Shown one piece after another: positions 23,437-31,022 of a stretch of 33,408 nucleotides of DNA. Within the stretch, counting starts at the first letter, position 1. Every line of letters begins with the position of its first letter. This DNA is from Nanobdellota archaeon (GTDB lineage Archaea; Nanobdellota; Nanobdellia; Pacearchaeales; GW2011-AR1): the NCBI GenBank assembly GCA_018901675.1, contig JAHIEH010000067.1, positions 1 through 33,408 on the forward strand, given 5' to 3'. The notes under the pieces are model-generated. The model was not told where the DNA came from, did no database searches, and was given only the letters and a program-made list of their open reading frames with translations. The translations under genes and the position numbers were made by a program.

Positions 23437-23732
23437 TCTAGATACTTTTTAAATTCTGGAAGATATTTTATAATTTCCTCGATTGTCTCCTGTTGGGCTT
23501 TCTTCCCCCCTAAAGCAACAATCAAAACAGCAGATAAATCATCGTAGACAAGATAGTAAATTCTTTTTTCTCGCATTCTCTTTTCGCGAAAAAAACGATA
23601 CCTCGTTTGATCTCCAACATATGGGTTTTCCTTAAGCTGAAGAAATATCTTTTTAATTATCTCCTTGTCTGAGCTAGAAAGTTTATTCATCTCTTTTTCA
23701 AAGCTTTCAGTAGCATAAACTGCATAAGCCAT
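23415..23732 (-). CDS. RelE/ParE-family toxin-like protein
   Basis: 105 aa. It has SFEKEMNKL, LKENPYVGD and KRIYYLVYDDLSAVLIVALGGKK, the family pattern. It is convergent with, not co-transcribed with, the AbrB gene. Confidence 0.65.
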   Translation of the reverse strand: MAYAVYATESFEKEMNKLSSSDKEIIKKIFLQLKENPYVGDQTRYRFFREKRMREKRIYYLVYDDLSAVLIVALGGKKAQQETIEEIIKYLPEFKKYLENLLRKY

Positions 23733-23829
23733 AAAATCGTTAATGTTTGATTATATTTATCCCTTTCCCTTCATGTCATAATTGTGCAAGACCCGGACAT
23801 ATGTCCTGAACCTATACAAGCCACACAGC

Positions 23830-23847
23830 AACCGAAATCCTTAAAAA
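23830..23847 (+). promoter_or_regulatory. Left arm of 18-bp inverted repeat AACCGAAATCCTTAAAAA (shared upstream element with TATA-like core)
   Basis: Exact reverse complement of 25211-25228. It lies 42 nt upstream of the small ORF start at 23890. Confidence 0.6.
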
Positions 23848-23889
23848 AGGATATTTCTTATGAGTTTGACTTAAATTAGGGGCGGAAAA

Positions 23890-24006
23890 ATGGAAAAATT
23901 CAAAAGGATTGAGGCGAGCTCTTCGGAAGAAAGTGAAGATACACCTTTCGAAGAAGAACCTGAAGAAGGTGCAGATAATTCCTCAGACGATTTTGGGGAT
24001 TATTAA
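23890..24006 (+). CDS. 38-aa highly acidic small protein (below ORF-track cutoff)
   Basis: Hand translation gives MEKFKRIEASSSEESEDTPFEEEPEEGADNSSDDFGDY. GGGGCGG lies 5' of the ATG, and the shared upstream element is at 23830. Confidence 0.3.
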   Translation: MEKFKRIEASSSEESEDTPFEEEPEEGADNSSDDFGDY

Positions 24007-24133
24007 ACCATTCAATTAAATCTTTTTCTTTTATTTTTTACTCTTGTCGTAAGCTTTAAACAAATTTGCAAAAAGTTTTTTTTGTCAAGAACCATACAAT
24101 AATTTTATAAAACTTAAAATACTTGATATATTT

Positions 24134-25045
24134 ATGGGGTGGAAAATATTTTTTAGTTTTTTATTTATATTGATTGTGATTGGGCTGTTAGGTATTTATT
24201 GGTTTGTTCCTTTTAGAGAAGTGGAGTTTCAACCAAGAGATGTTAATACCAATTTCAGCATTTCCGGCGGTGATAATCCTGAAATGCAGTTTTATCCCAA
24301 TATGAGATATCCAGAGTCAATGATTTCTTATAAAATTTATAATTGCCCTTTGAAAAAGAAAAATGATATGGAGCAGGCTTTTTACACACTATCCAATACA
24401 ACTATGCTAAAGTTTTATCCGGTTAATTTTAATGAAGAAATTGCTGTAACATGCGAGAGCAAGGAAAGGATTGAAGGGGGGCTGTTTATTGCAGGGGAAG
24501 GAGGGCCTACAAATATAACGCAGACAAGTTTGTTCAACATTATCACCCATGGGAAAATTCTTTTAATAAAGGAGTCTGACTGCCCAAGGCCGAATATCGC
24601 TATACATGAGTTATTGCATGCTCTGGGATTTGACCATTCTGACAATCCAAACAATGTTCTTCATAATATCACTAATTGTGATCAGACTATTGGCCAAGAT
24701 ACTATTAATGTGATAAAAAAGATTTATTCCACCTCCAGTTATTCTGATTTAGCGATAATTAATGCATCTGCAAGTATAGATGGAAGATATTTGAATATTG
24801 AAGCAAATCTGAGAAATAATGGACTTGCCAGGTCATCCCAATCAGAGATGATGATATACGCGGATGATAATCTGGCAAAAAACCTAACTTTAGACGAGAT
24901 GCAATTTGGATATGGATTAAAAATCACTTTAAAAAATATTTGGGTGTCTAATGCCAAAATTCAAACAGTAAAAATTCAAATAAACTCCCATTCTGAAGAG
25001 TTGAACAAAGAAAATAACCAAATCACACTAAGAATTAAAGATTAA
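24134..25045 (+). CDS. Membrane-anchored metzincin-type zinc metalloprotease
   Basis: N-terminal hydrophobic helix WKIFFSFLFILIVIGLLGIYWF. Extended zinc motif HELLHALGFDH at 24605-24637 (HExxHxxGxxH). Confidence 0.8.
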   Translation: MGWKIFFSFLFILIVIGLLGIYWFVPFREVEFQPRDVNTNFSISGGDNPEMQFYPNMRYPESMISYKIYNCPLKKKNDMEQAFYTLSNTTMLKFYPVNFNEEIAVTCESKERIEGGLFIAGEGGPTNITQTSLFNIITHGKILLIKESDCPRPNIAIHELLHALGFDHSDNPNNVLHNITNCDQTIGQDTINVIKKIYSTSSYSDLAIINASASIDGRYLNIEANLRNNGLARSSQSEMMIYADDNLAKNLTLDEMQFGYGLKITLKNIWVSNAKIQTVKIQINSHSEELNKENNQITLRIKD

Positions 25046-25075
25046 AAATCAAAAATAAAAAAATAAAAAAAAGAA

Positions 25076-25180
25076 TTATTCCTCTTCAAGAAAACCCAAA
25101 TCTAACTCATCGTCGCCGGATTCTTTATCCCTCTCATCTTCGATGAGCTCTAAATTATCGTTCACCTTTTGAGACCTCAT
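25076..25180 (-). CDS. 34-aa highly acidic small protein (below ORF-track cutoff)
   Basis: Hand translation gives MRSQKVNDNLELIEDERDKESGDDELDLGFLEEE. The shared upstream element is 30 nt 5' of the ATG. Confidence 0.25.
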   Translation of the reverse strand: MRSQKVNDNLELIEDERDKESGDDELDLGFLEEE

Positions 25181-25210
25181 TTTTTTATTAAATTTCTAAG
25201 ATGTAAGCAG

Positions 25211-25228
25211 TTTTTAAGGATTTCGGTT
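25211..25228 (-). promoter_or_regulatory. Right arm of the 18-bp inverted repeat
   Basis: TTTTTAAGGATTTCGGTT is the reverse complement of 23830-23847. Confidence 0.6.
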
Positions 25229-25358
25229 TTGTATTGGATATGAGATTTATGTATTTTTATCTTTGATAACCATCTTAAAAGAAGAAGAATTATGAGTTCT
25301 AGGAAATATAATCACAAATCTTGGGCGGTTTATATGCAACTAAAGAACAAAATTAAAC

Positions 25359-26117
25359 TTAACGGCCACCTTGAGTTACACCACCTAATCCAATAATAGG
25401 TGGAAGTTCTCCAACTGTTGAATGGTCAAAACCCCCAACAAAAAGTTCCTGAATTCCTCCAATAAATACACTGTTTCCACCGCCAGCACCACCTCCGGCT
25501 CGATTACCAACACCGCCAGCACCACCACCAAACCCTGCTCCTGCACCTCCTCCTTGATTACCTGCTCCTGCTTGACCATAACCACCTCCGCCTCCAGCAC
25601 TTTGTCCTGTTATCTGAGCATAACCACCTCCACCACCATATGTGCCTATTTGTCCTTGAGGAATGCCTAGAACTATTTTTGGAAGACTTTCCCCACTTGT
25701 ATTTTGCAATTGGTGATATTTAGTTTCTAAATCTTCAAAAACTTCATGTCTAAGTCTATAGGGAGTAGATATAAAAATAGTTCCGTCTGTTTGGACTTTG
25801 AAATCTAATCCTTTTTGACGCAATATTACCTTGAGTGCTGTCCTAGCGGATACATTTTTAAGTTTGATAGAAGGCACTTCTACATTTATTTTATTTTGGT
25901 TTATTCCATGATTATAATTTAGATTTTTTGCATTTTGCGGAGAATTTAAGTATCTTGCGTTTTGATTTATAGATTCTGGCGAAACTCTGACAACCTTGTT
26001 TTCTAAGGTTTTTTCATTAGCTTTCTCATTAATTTTTTCCGCAAGAGAATTGCATGTAGGAGTCCAAAATCCAAGAAGAAATGCCAAACCATAAATACAC
26101 AATTTTTTCTTCATCAT
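25359..26117 (-). CDS. Secreted or lipid-anchored protein with a secretin/STN-like N-terminal beta-alpha domain and a Gly-rich C-terminal tail
   Basis: Signal-like N-terminus MMKKKLCIYGLAFLLGFWTPTC. The block IKLKNVSARTALKVILRQKGLDFKVQTDGTIFISTP resembles bacterial secretin N-domain/STN modules. About 90 aa of GGGGGY/GAGxGGG repeats follow. Confidence 0.5.
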   Translation of the reverse strand: MMKKKLCIYGLAFLLGFWTPTCNSLAEKINEKANEKTLENKVVRVSPESINQNARYLNSPQNAKNLNYNHGINQNKINVEVPSIKLKNVSARTALKVILRQKGLDFKVQTDGTIFISTPYRLRHEVFEDLETKYHQLQNTSGESLPKIVLGIPQGQIGTYGGGGGYAQITGQSAGGGGGYGQAGAGNQGGGAGAGFGGGAGGVGNRAGGGAGGGNSVFIGGIQELFVGGFDHSTVGELPPIIGLGGVTQGGR

Positions 26118-26205
26118 TTTCCCTTTTTAGACCTTATAAATTAAGCTTTTGAAATATATAAGTTTTTTGTTTTTGATTACTATTTTTAAATAAGAAATAA
26201 AAATA

Positions 26206-26320
26206 TCCCCGTGCCCAGAGTCGAACTGGGGATCTTCCGGTTGCTGTTTTTGATTATAAACGGAACTTATCTTCAATTAAAATCTACAGCCAGACGCTTT
26301 AGCCACTAAGCTACACGGGG
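26206..26320 (-). tRNA. tRNA-Tyr (anticodon GTA) with a 42-nt canonical intron at 37/38
   Basis: Hand fold. Acceptor CCCCGTG/CACGGGG, D arm GCTT-AGTGGCTA-AAGC, anticodon stem TCTGG/CCGGA, loop CTGTAG|A. T arm CCCAG-TTCGACT-CTGGG, discriminator A. The intron (26242-26283) forms helix-bulge-helix-bulge-helix: central helix CUGU/ACAG, 3-nt bulges AG|A and CA|A, outer helix UUUU/AAAA. Exons are 37 + 36 nt. Confidence 0.9.
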
Positions 26321-26401
26321 CTCATTTATCCATGTAGCGACTTTGACATCAAAACTCTGATTCATCTTGTCTGAGGGTTGATAAGGGAAGTATCCCTTAT
26401 C

Positions 26402-26416
26402 AAGCTACACGGGGCT
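26402..26416 (-). repeat. 15-nt duplicate of the tRNA-Tyr 5' end (AGCCCCGTGTAGCTT), 79 nt upstream of the gene
   Basis: The plus-strand AAGCTACACGGGGCT at 26402-26416 is identical to 26308-26322. A perfect 9-bp hairpin GATAAGGGA-TACT-TCCCTTATC follows it on the minus strand. Confidence 0.9.
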
Positions 26417-26499
26417 AAGATTAAGATAAAAAAAGAATTAATAAAGGTTTTGATTGGTTTTATTCCTTTATCAAGGGCGTTTATCTCTTTGATGTTATT

Positions 26500-27882
26500 T
26501 TAATCTTCCACATCTTTTGTTCTCTGCTCAGCAACGAAGAAAGCACGGTTGGACTGGCTCTCTTTAACTTCTCCATTCCTCTCATAAACTGCTGCTGCAG
26601 ATGGTAAAGCGAATTTTCCAAAAACTCCAACTTTTGAATATATAATATACGAAATCACCCTTGTTTCTCCTGCTTCTAATTTTTCAAAGTGCCATTCTAC
26701 TCTCTTGTTTTTCTCATCAACTTTTTTTGGTGTTTCCCCACCAAATCTTTCATAAACTTTAACTAAATTTGGAAGCCTGTCAATAATATCCACTTTCTCT
26801 ATGTATTTCTTTGCATTTACTAATATAGAAACTTTCAAGGCGAATTCTCCGCCTTTAGCATTAACAAATGAAACTTTCTTATTCATTACCAAATCATTTT
26901 CTGAATATTTTTTTGCAAGTGCTACAATCATAACTATAAACAGGATTATCAATAAAGGAAAAAACCAGTTTGTTTTTATTATGATATTAAGCGATTCTCC
27001 TGGCTTTATCTTTTGATTCCAGGTGTAATCCACATTAAAGCCTCGCCTTTCTACATTAGATGGTTCTGGAGTGATAGTTGTAAACAGCCTTGAAATTATG
27101 TTTTTCTTTATGACTATGCCCGAATTAGTGAGGATATTCCCTTCATTTGTTTTTATTATTTTTCTTGTATGAATAAAAAACCCATATTCATTCTTTATTT
27201 CGGTGGATATGTCTTTCTCAATGAATTTTATAATCCCCTCTATCTTTTCTTTTTTTCCGTTAATATCCACTTCCACATTTAAAGTGTAGAACCCTGCCAT
27301 TAATTTTTTGAAATCTTCCTTATTCAATTTAACACTAAATTCCTTCTTTTCATTAGGGCCAAGAGTGAGGTCCTCTCCGAAATTAAAGAAAGGAGAGGAG
27401 AATTTAGCATTCATCTCGCCAAAATTAAAATTTTCTTTATTGTGGATATAGATTTTAATCATGTTCGATTCAGGGTCTACTTCTCCTGAGCCAACTTCGA
27501 ATGCATCTTTCAATTCAACAATTTTGATTGTTAATCTGTCTTTTACTTCAGAATAGTCACTTCCCTGCACACGATATTCAAAAGTGTAAAAGCCCCGGTA
27601 GTCAAAATTCTCCTGAGTGTAGATCATTAATTGAATATCTTTTGTTTCAGCAGAGTTTATTTGCACACTTCCAGAAGGAATCATGCGCAATCCAATAAGA
27701 TTGTAAAATTGAAAATAATCGCTAAATCCAAGGTTGGTTACTTTTAAATTAAATACTGCAGGTTTATCCAATCCCAATATAATTGCCTCATCATCATTCT
27801 GTTTTTCAATTTTAAGATTTATTGCAAGAATGGATGGCAGTATCAGCAAGATTAAAAGTGTAAGAATATATATCTTTTTCAT
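26500..27882 (-). CDS. Large surface/membrane protein (signal peptide, beta-rich ectodomain, one C-proximal TM helix, DUF11-like C-terminal domain)
   Basis: N-terminus MKKIYILTLLILLILPSILA. TM helix WFFPLLIILFIVMIVALA. The C-terminal block IDRLPNLVKVYERFGG...VEWHFEKLEAGETRVISYIIYS resembles conserved-repeat (DUF11-type) domains. Confidence 0.55.
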   Translation of the reverse strand: MKKIYILTLLILLILPSILAINLKIEKQNDDEAIILGLDKPAVFNLKVTNLGFSDYFQFYNLIGLRMIPSGSVQINSAETKDIQLMIYTQENFDYRGFYTFEYRVQGSDYSEVKDRLTIKIVELKDAFEVGSGEVDPESNMIKIYIHNKENFNFGEMNAKFSSPFFNFGEDLTLGPNEKKEFSVKLNKEDFKKLMAGFYTLNVEVDINGKKEKIEGIIKFIEKDISTEIKNEYGFFIHTRKIIKTNEGNILTNSGIVIKKNIISRLFTTITPEPSNVERRGFNVDYTWNQKIKPGESLNIIIKTNWFFPLLIILFIVMIVALAKKYSENDLVMNKKVSFVNAKGGEFALKVSILVNAKKYIEKVDIIDRLPNLVKVYERFGGETPKKVDEKNKRVEWHFEKLEAGETRVISYIIYSKVGVFGKFALPSAAAVYERNGEVKESQSNRAFFVAEQRTKDVED

Positions 27883-28040
27883 AAAAAAATTATGGCTAGT
27901 TCATATTTAAAGATTTCTATTTGCATATTTTTGTAACATCTTTAAAATGTTCCAAAATTTTGTGATATCTCAACATTCAGATAGGGTTTATCTGTTTGAA
28001 GAATGTTATCCAGCTTCGATAACTCCTTACAATTATATTT

Positions 28041-28544
28041 TTATTTTTTCCCCTCTAAATCCAAGAATGCCTTTGCCTGGGCTAAAAATTCATCTAAATC
28101 CTCCACGAGTTTATCCTCTAACTGCTTGACTCTCGCGCTTATAATCCATTTTTCATAAATACTTCTTAAAAATTTTTGAATTGAAGTCCTCTCAAATTTT
28201 CCTTTGTAATCTCTTACCAAGATGCCTTTAACTTCCACTTCCACACTTCCTTTATTTGTTTTTTCTTTAACGCCGTTCTGGCTGATTTCTACCTCGCTTA
28301 ATTTTAATATAACAAATTTAACATTCACTTTAAACCTGAAATAATCAGTAACGTCTCTCCTTCCTTCCCATTCAACTTCAACATCTTTTGTATCTCCGCT
28401 TAATTTTTCAGTGTATTTCCCCTCTGCTACATGCAAGTTTGTTTCTGATACAAGCCAGTCGTGGCAGAATTTATAGAAATCTTTAAATGAGAAAATTCCT
28501 GTTGATTTTATCTTGCTCTTAAAAATTGCTTCTTCTTCTGACAT
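28041..28544 (-). CDS. Hypothetical protein, 167 aa
   Basis: ATG ORF with ordinary composition and no overlapping alternative. No family recognised. Confidence 0.5.
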   Translation of the reverse strand: MSEEEAIFKSKIKSTGIFSFKDFYKFCHDWLVSETNLHVAEGKYTEKLSGDTKDVEVEWEGRRDVTDYFRFKVNVKFVILKLSEVEISQNGVKEKTNKGSVEVEVKGILVRDYKGKFERTSIQKFLRSIYEKWIISARVKQLEDKLVEDLDEFLAQAKAFLDLEGKK

Positions 28545-28601
28545 CTTTTTAGATTAAACTAATTTATAATTTAGTTATACAAAAGATGAGGGAATTTCCT
28601 T

Positions 28602-30224
28602 TTAAAAATTCTTCGGTGAAGGCCTGCTTAAACACGCTTTGACAAATCCAAGAAATAAGGGGCTGGGTTTTAATGGGCGTGATGTGAATTCTGGATGTGC
28701 TTGAGTGGCAACAAAAAAATAATTATTCGGCAATTCTAAAAATTCCATCAACTTCCCGTCAGGAGATTTTCCTGAAAATATAATACCATTCTCTTCCAGG
28801 AGAGATATATAATTGCTGTTTACTTCATATCTGTGCCTGTGGCGTTCAAAAGCCACATCTGTTCCGTATAGAGATTGGACAATTGAGTCAGGTTTTAGTT
28901 TTGCAACATATCTTCCAAGTCTCATTGTTCCGCCTTTGTTATATATCTCTTTTTGTTCTTGCAGAATGTCTATAACTGGATGATTAGTTTCAGGGTCTAT
29001 TTCTGTGCTGTTTGCCATATTTAAACTGCATAAACTTCTTGCATATTCTACGACTGCCAGCTGAAATCCGAAACATAATCCTAAGAAAGGCAGGTTATTT
29101 TCTCTGGCGTATTTTATGCATTCAATCTTTCCTTCTGCGCCACGGCTTCCAAATCCCCCTGGGACTAATATCCCATCTACATCTTTTAGTGCTTCTTCTG
29201 GTTTTATTTTTCCTTCTTCAATATCTGTTGTTTCAATCCACTTGATTTCTATACTGCACCCAAGATTCCCGCAACAATGATTAAACGCTTCTTGGATAGA
29301 AGCATAGGCATCTTTTAATGAGGTGTATTTTCCTGTAACTGCTATTTTAATCTTTTTATTGGTATCCCCCATTTTTTCAACAAACTCCTTCCAATATTCT
29401 AAGTTATCCATTTTGGGATACATACCTAATTTAGACAAAATCTTTTCTGCGACTTGCTGTTTTTCAAGGACAAGAGGTATCTCATAAATGTTCTTTAAAT
29501 CCGGACCGGATATTATGCATTCCTTATCCACCCCGCAGAATCTTGATATTTTCTCAGCTATTTTATCATCAAGATATCTTTCTGACCTGCAGAAAATCAT
29601 GTCTGGAACAATCCCCATTTCTCTGAGCATTTTTACTGATTGCTGCGCAGGCTTTGTTTTCTGCTCTCCGACTACGCCTATAACCGGGACTAAAGTGCAA
29701 TGAACAAAGAAAACATCTCTATCCAGAGAAAGTTCGCGGACAGATTCAAGAAATATCTGGTTTTCAATATCTCCTACAGTTCCCCCAATTTCTATTAAAA
29801 CAATTTCTGCATAATTTTTTTCTGCTATATCCTTGAATTGCTGCTGAAGCTCTTCGCTGATATGCGGGATTAACTGAACTGTCTTTCCAAGATAGTCCCC
29901 CCTTCTTTCTTTTTCTATAACTTTTCTGTATATTTTTCCGGTAGTTATGTTTGAATCACTTGTCAAAGTCAAGTCAAGAAATCTTTCATAATTCCCTAAA
30001 TCCATGTCTACTTCTGAGCCATCATCCAGAACAAATACTTCTCCATGCTCTGTGGGGTTCATAGTTCCTGCATCTATGTTAATATAAGGGTCTATTTTTA
30101 TAGGGATTGTTTTATATCCCTTTGACTGCAGAAGTTTGCCTAATGAGGAGATAAACAAGCCTTTTCCCAGCCCGGATAAAACTCCGCCTGTAACTACAAC
30201 AAATTTCGCCTCTTTTTTTTGCAT
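28602..30224 (-). CDS. pyrG: CTP synthase
   Basis: 540 aa. N-terminus FVVVTGGVLSGLGKG. Glutamine amidotransferase domain with LGLCFGFQ, GGTMRLG and HRHRYEVN. Confidence 0.95.
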   Translation of the reverse strand: MQKKEAKFVVVTGGVLSGLGKGLFISSLGKLLQSKGYKTIPIKIDPYINIDAGTMNPTEHGEVFVLDDGSEVDMDLGNYERFLDLTLTSDSNITTGKIYRKVIEKERRGDYLGKTVQLIPHISEELQQQFKDIAEKNYAEIVLIEIGGTVGDIENQIFLESVRELSLDRDVFFVHCTLVPVIGVVGEQKTKPAQQSVKMLREMGIVPDMIFCRSERYLDDKIAEKISRFCGVDKECIISGPDLKNIYEIPLVLEKQQVAEKILSKLGMYPKMDNLEYWKEFVEKMGDTNKKIKIAVTGKYTSLKDAYASIQEAFNHCCGNLGCSIEIKWIETTDIEEGKIKPEEALKDVDGILVPGGFGSRGAEGKIECIKYARENNLPFLGLCFGFQLAVVEYARSLCSLNMANSTEIDPETNHPVIDILQEQKEIYNKGGTMRLGRYVAKLKPDSIVQSLYGTDVAFERHRHRYEVNSNYISLLEENGIIFSGKSPDGKLMEFLELPNNYFFVATQAHPEFTSRPLKPSPLFLGFVKACLSRPSPKNF

Positions 30225-30348
30225 AAATCTAAAAAGTTAAGGCCTTAAAAAGTCTTTCTATTCTCTACACTATACTTTTTTGATTGAGGATTAAACAAAG
30301 AACTGAATACAAAATGTTACTTAATTCAGTTATCTATAACTGCAATCT

Positions 30349-30912
30349 TTACATAAGATTTTTACATTCCTCACAGAGAAGCTTTCCATCCACTCTGTAA
30401 AGAACTTCTTCATTTCCGCAATCTTCACAGACGCCTTCATGCATAAATATTCTTTCCTTTGCTTTTTTCACTCTTTTTAATTTCTCAATTTCTTCTCTTA
30501 TGCCTGCAAGTTCATATAATTCAGGATAAACTTCTGGGTGAAAATTTAAAATATCTTTGATGGTAATCATTCCTACAAGTTCATTGTTGTGAATTACCGG
30601 AAGCCTCTCAAATTTTAATTTTTTCATCTTTGTTATAGTTCCTTCTATAGTTTCTGTTGGTTTTATTGTAGCAATCTTTTTTGGGGAGATATCTACTGCC
30701 CGGATTTTAGATAAATCCTGCTTTGATTTTTTAACTAAAGCCCAAAGAATATCCTTTTCAGAAATAAATCCGATAAGCCTTTTTTGAGACACAAGCAGAA
30801 GGCTTCCAACTTTTTTCCTCACCATTGTTTTTGCGCATTCTAACAAATTTGCTTCTGGCTTGATTGTTACAGGATAGCGAGTCATTATGTCTGCCACAAT
30901 TATCCTTTTCAT
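30349..30912 (-). CDS. CBS-domain pair protein with C-terminal zinc ribbon
   Basis: Two CBS repeats (VADIMTRYPVTIKPE..., VGMITIKDIL). The C-terminal ribbon is CEDCGNEE...LLCEECK. Confidence 0.8.
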   Translation of the reverse strand: MKRIIVADIMTRYPVTIKPEANLLECAKTMVRKKVGSLLLVSQKRLIGFISEKDILWALVKKSKQDLSKIRAVDISPKKIATIKPTETIEGTITKMKKLKFERLPVIHNNELVGMITIKDILNFHPEVYPELYELAGIREEIEKLKRVKKAKERIFMHEGVCEDCGNEEVLYRVDGKLLCEECKNLM

Positions 30913-31022
30913 TGTATTCTACCTGTCTTTTTTAAGCGGCTTTTACTTATAAATTTTACCAAAAAAGGAGATATATCCTCAAGTGAGATAAAATTTATAA
31001 GCCATATTTTTTGATAGAGTAT

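Noticed and set aside
25385-25670. ORFs 25385..25600 (minus, other frame) and 25422..25670 (plus) within the Gly-rich region
   Set aside because: These are alternative frames of the GGN-repeat region of the 25359..26117 gene. They arise from repeat-driven openness of all frames.
26242-26283. Similarity of the tRNA-Tyr intron segment ATTGAAGATAAG to the junction-element core ATTGAAGATGAATAAG
   Set aside because: Only a 9-nt exact match in AT-rich sequence, with no flanking similarity. It is most likely chance.
209-26320. Island as a classical tRNA-integrated provirus or integrative element
   Set aside because: No integrase, transposase, capsid or replication genes are recognisable. The only att-like signal is the 15-nt tRNA-Tyr 5' duplication, which brackets just 79 bp.
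27947-28129. ORF 27947..28129 (plus), 60 aa
   Set aside because: It spans the intergenic promoter region and overlaps the 3' end of 28041..28544 on the other strand. There is no ribosome-binding site and no recognisable motif.
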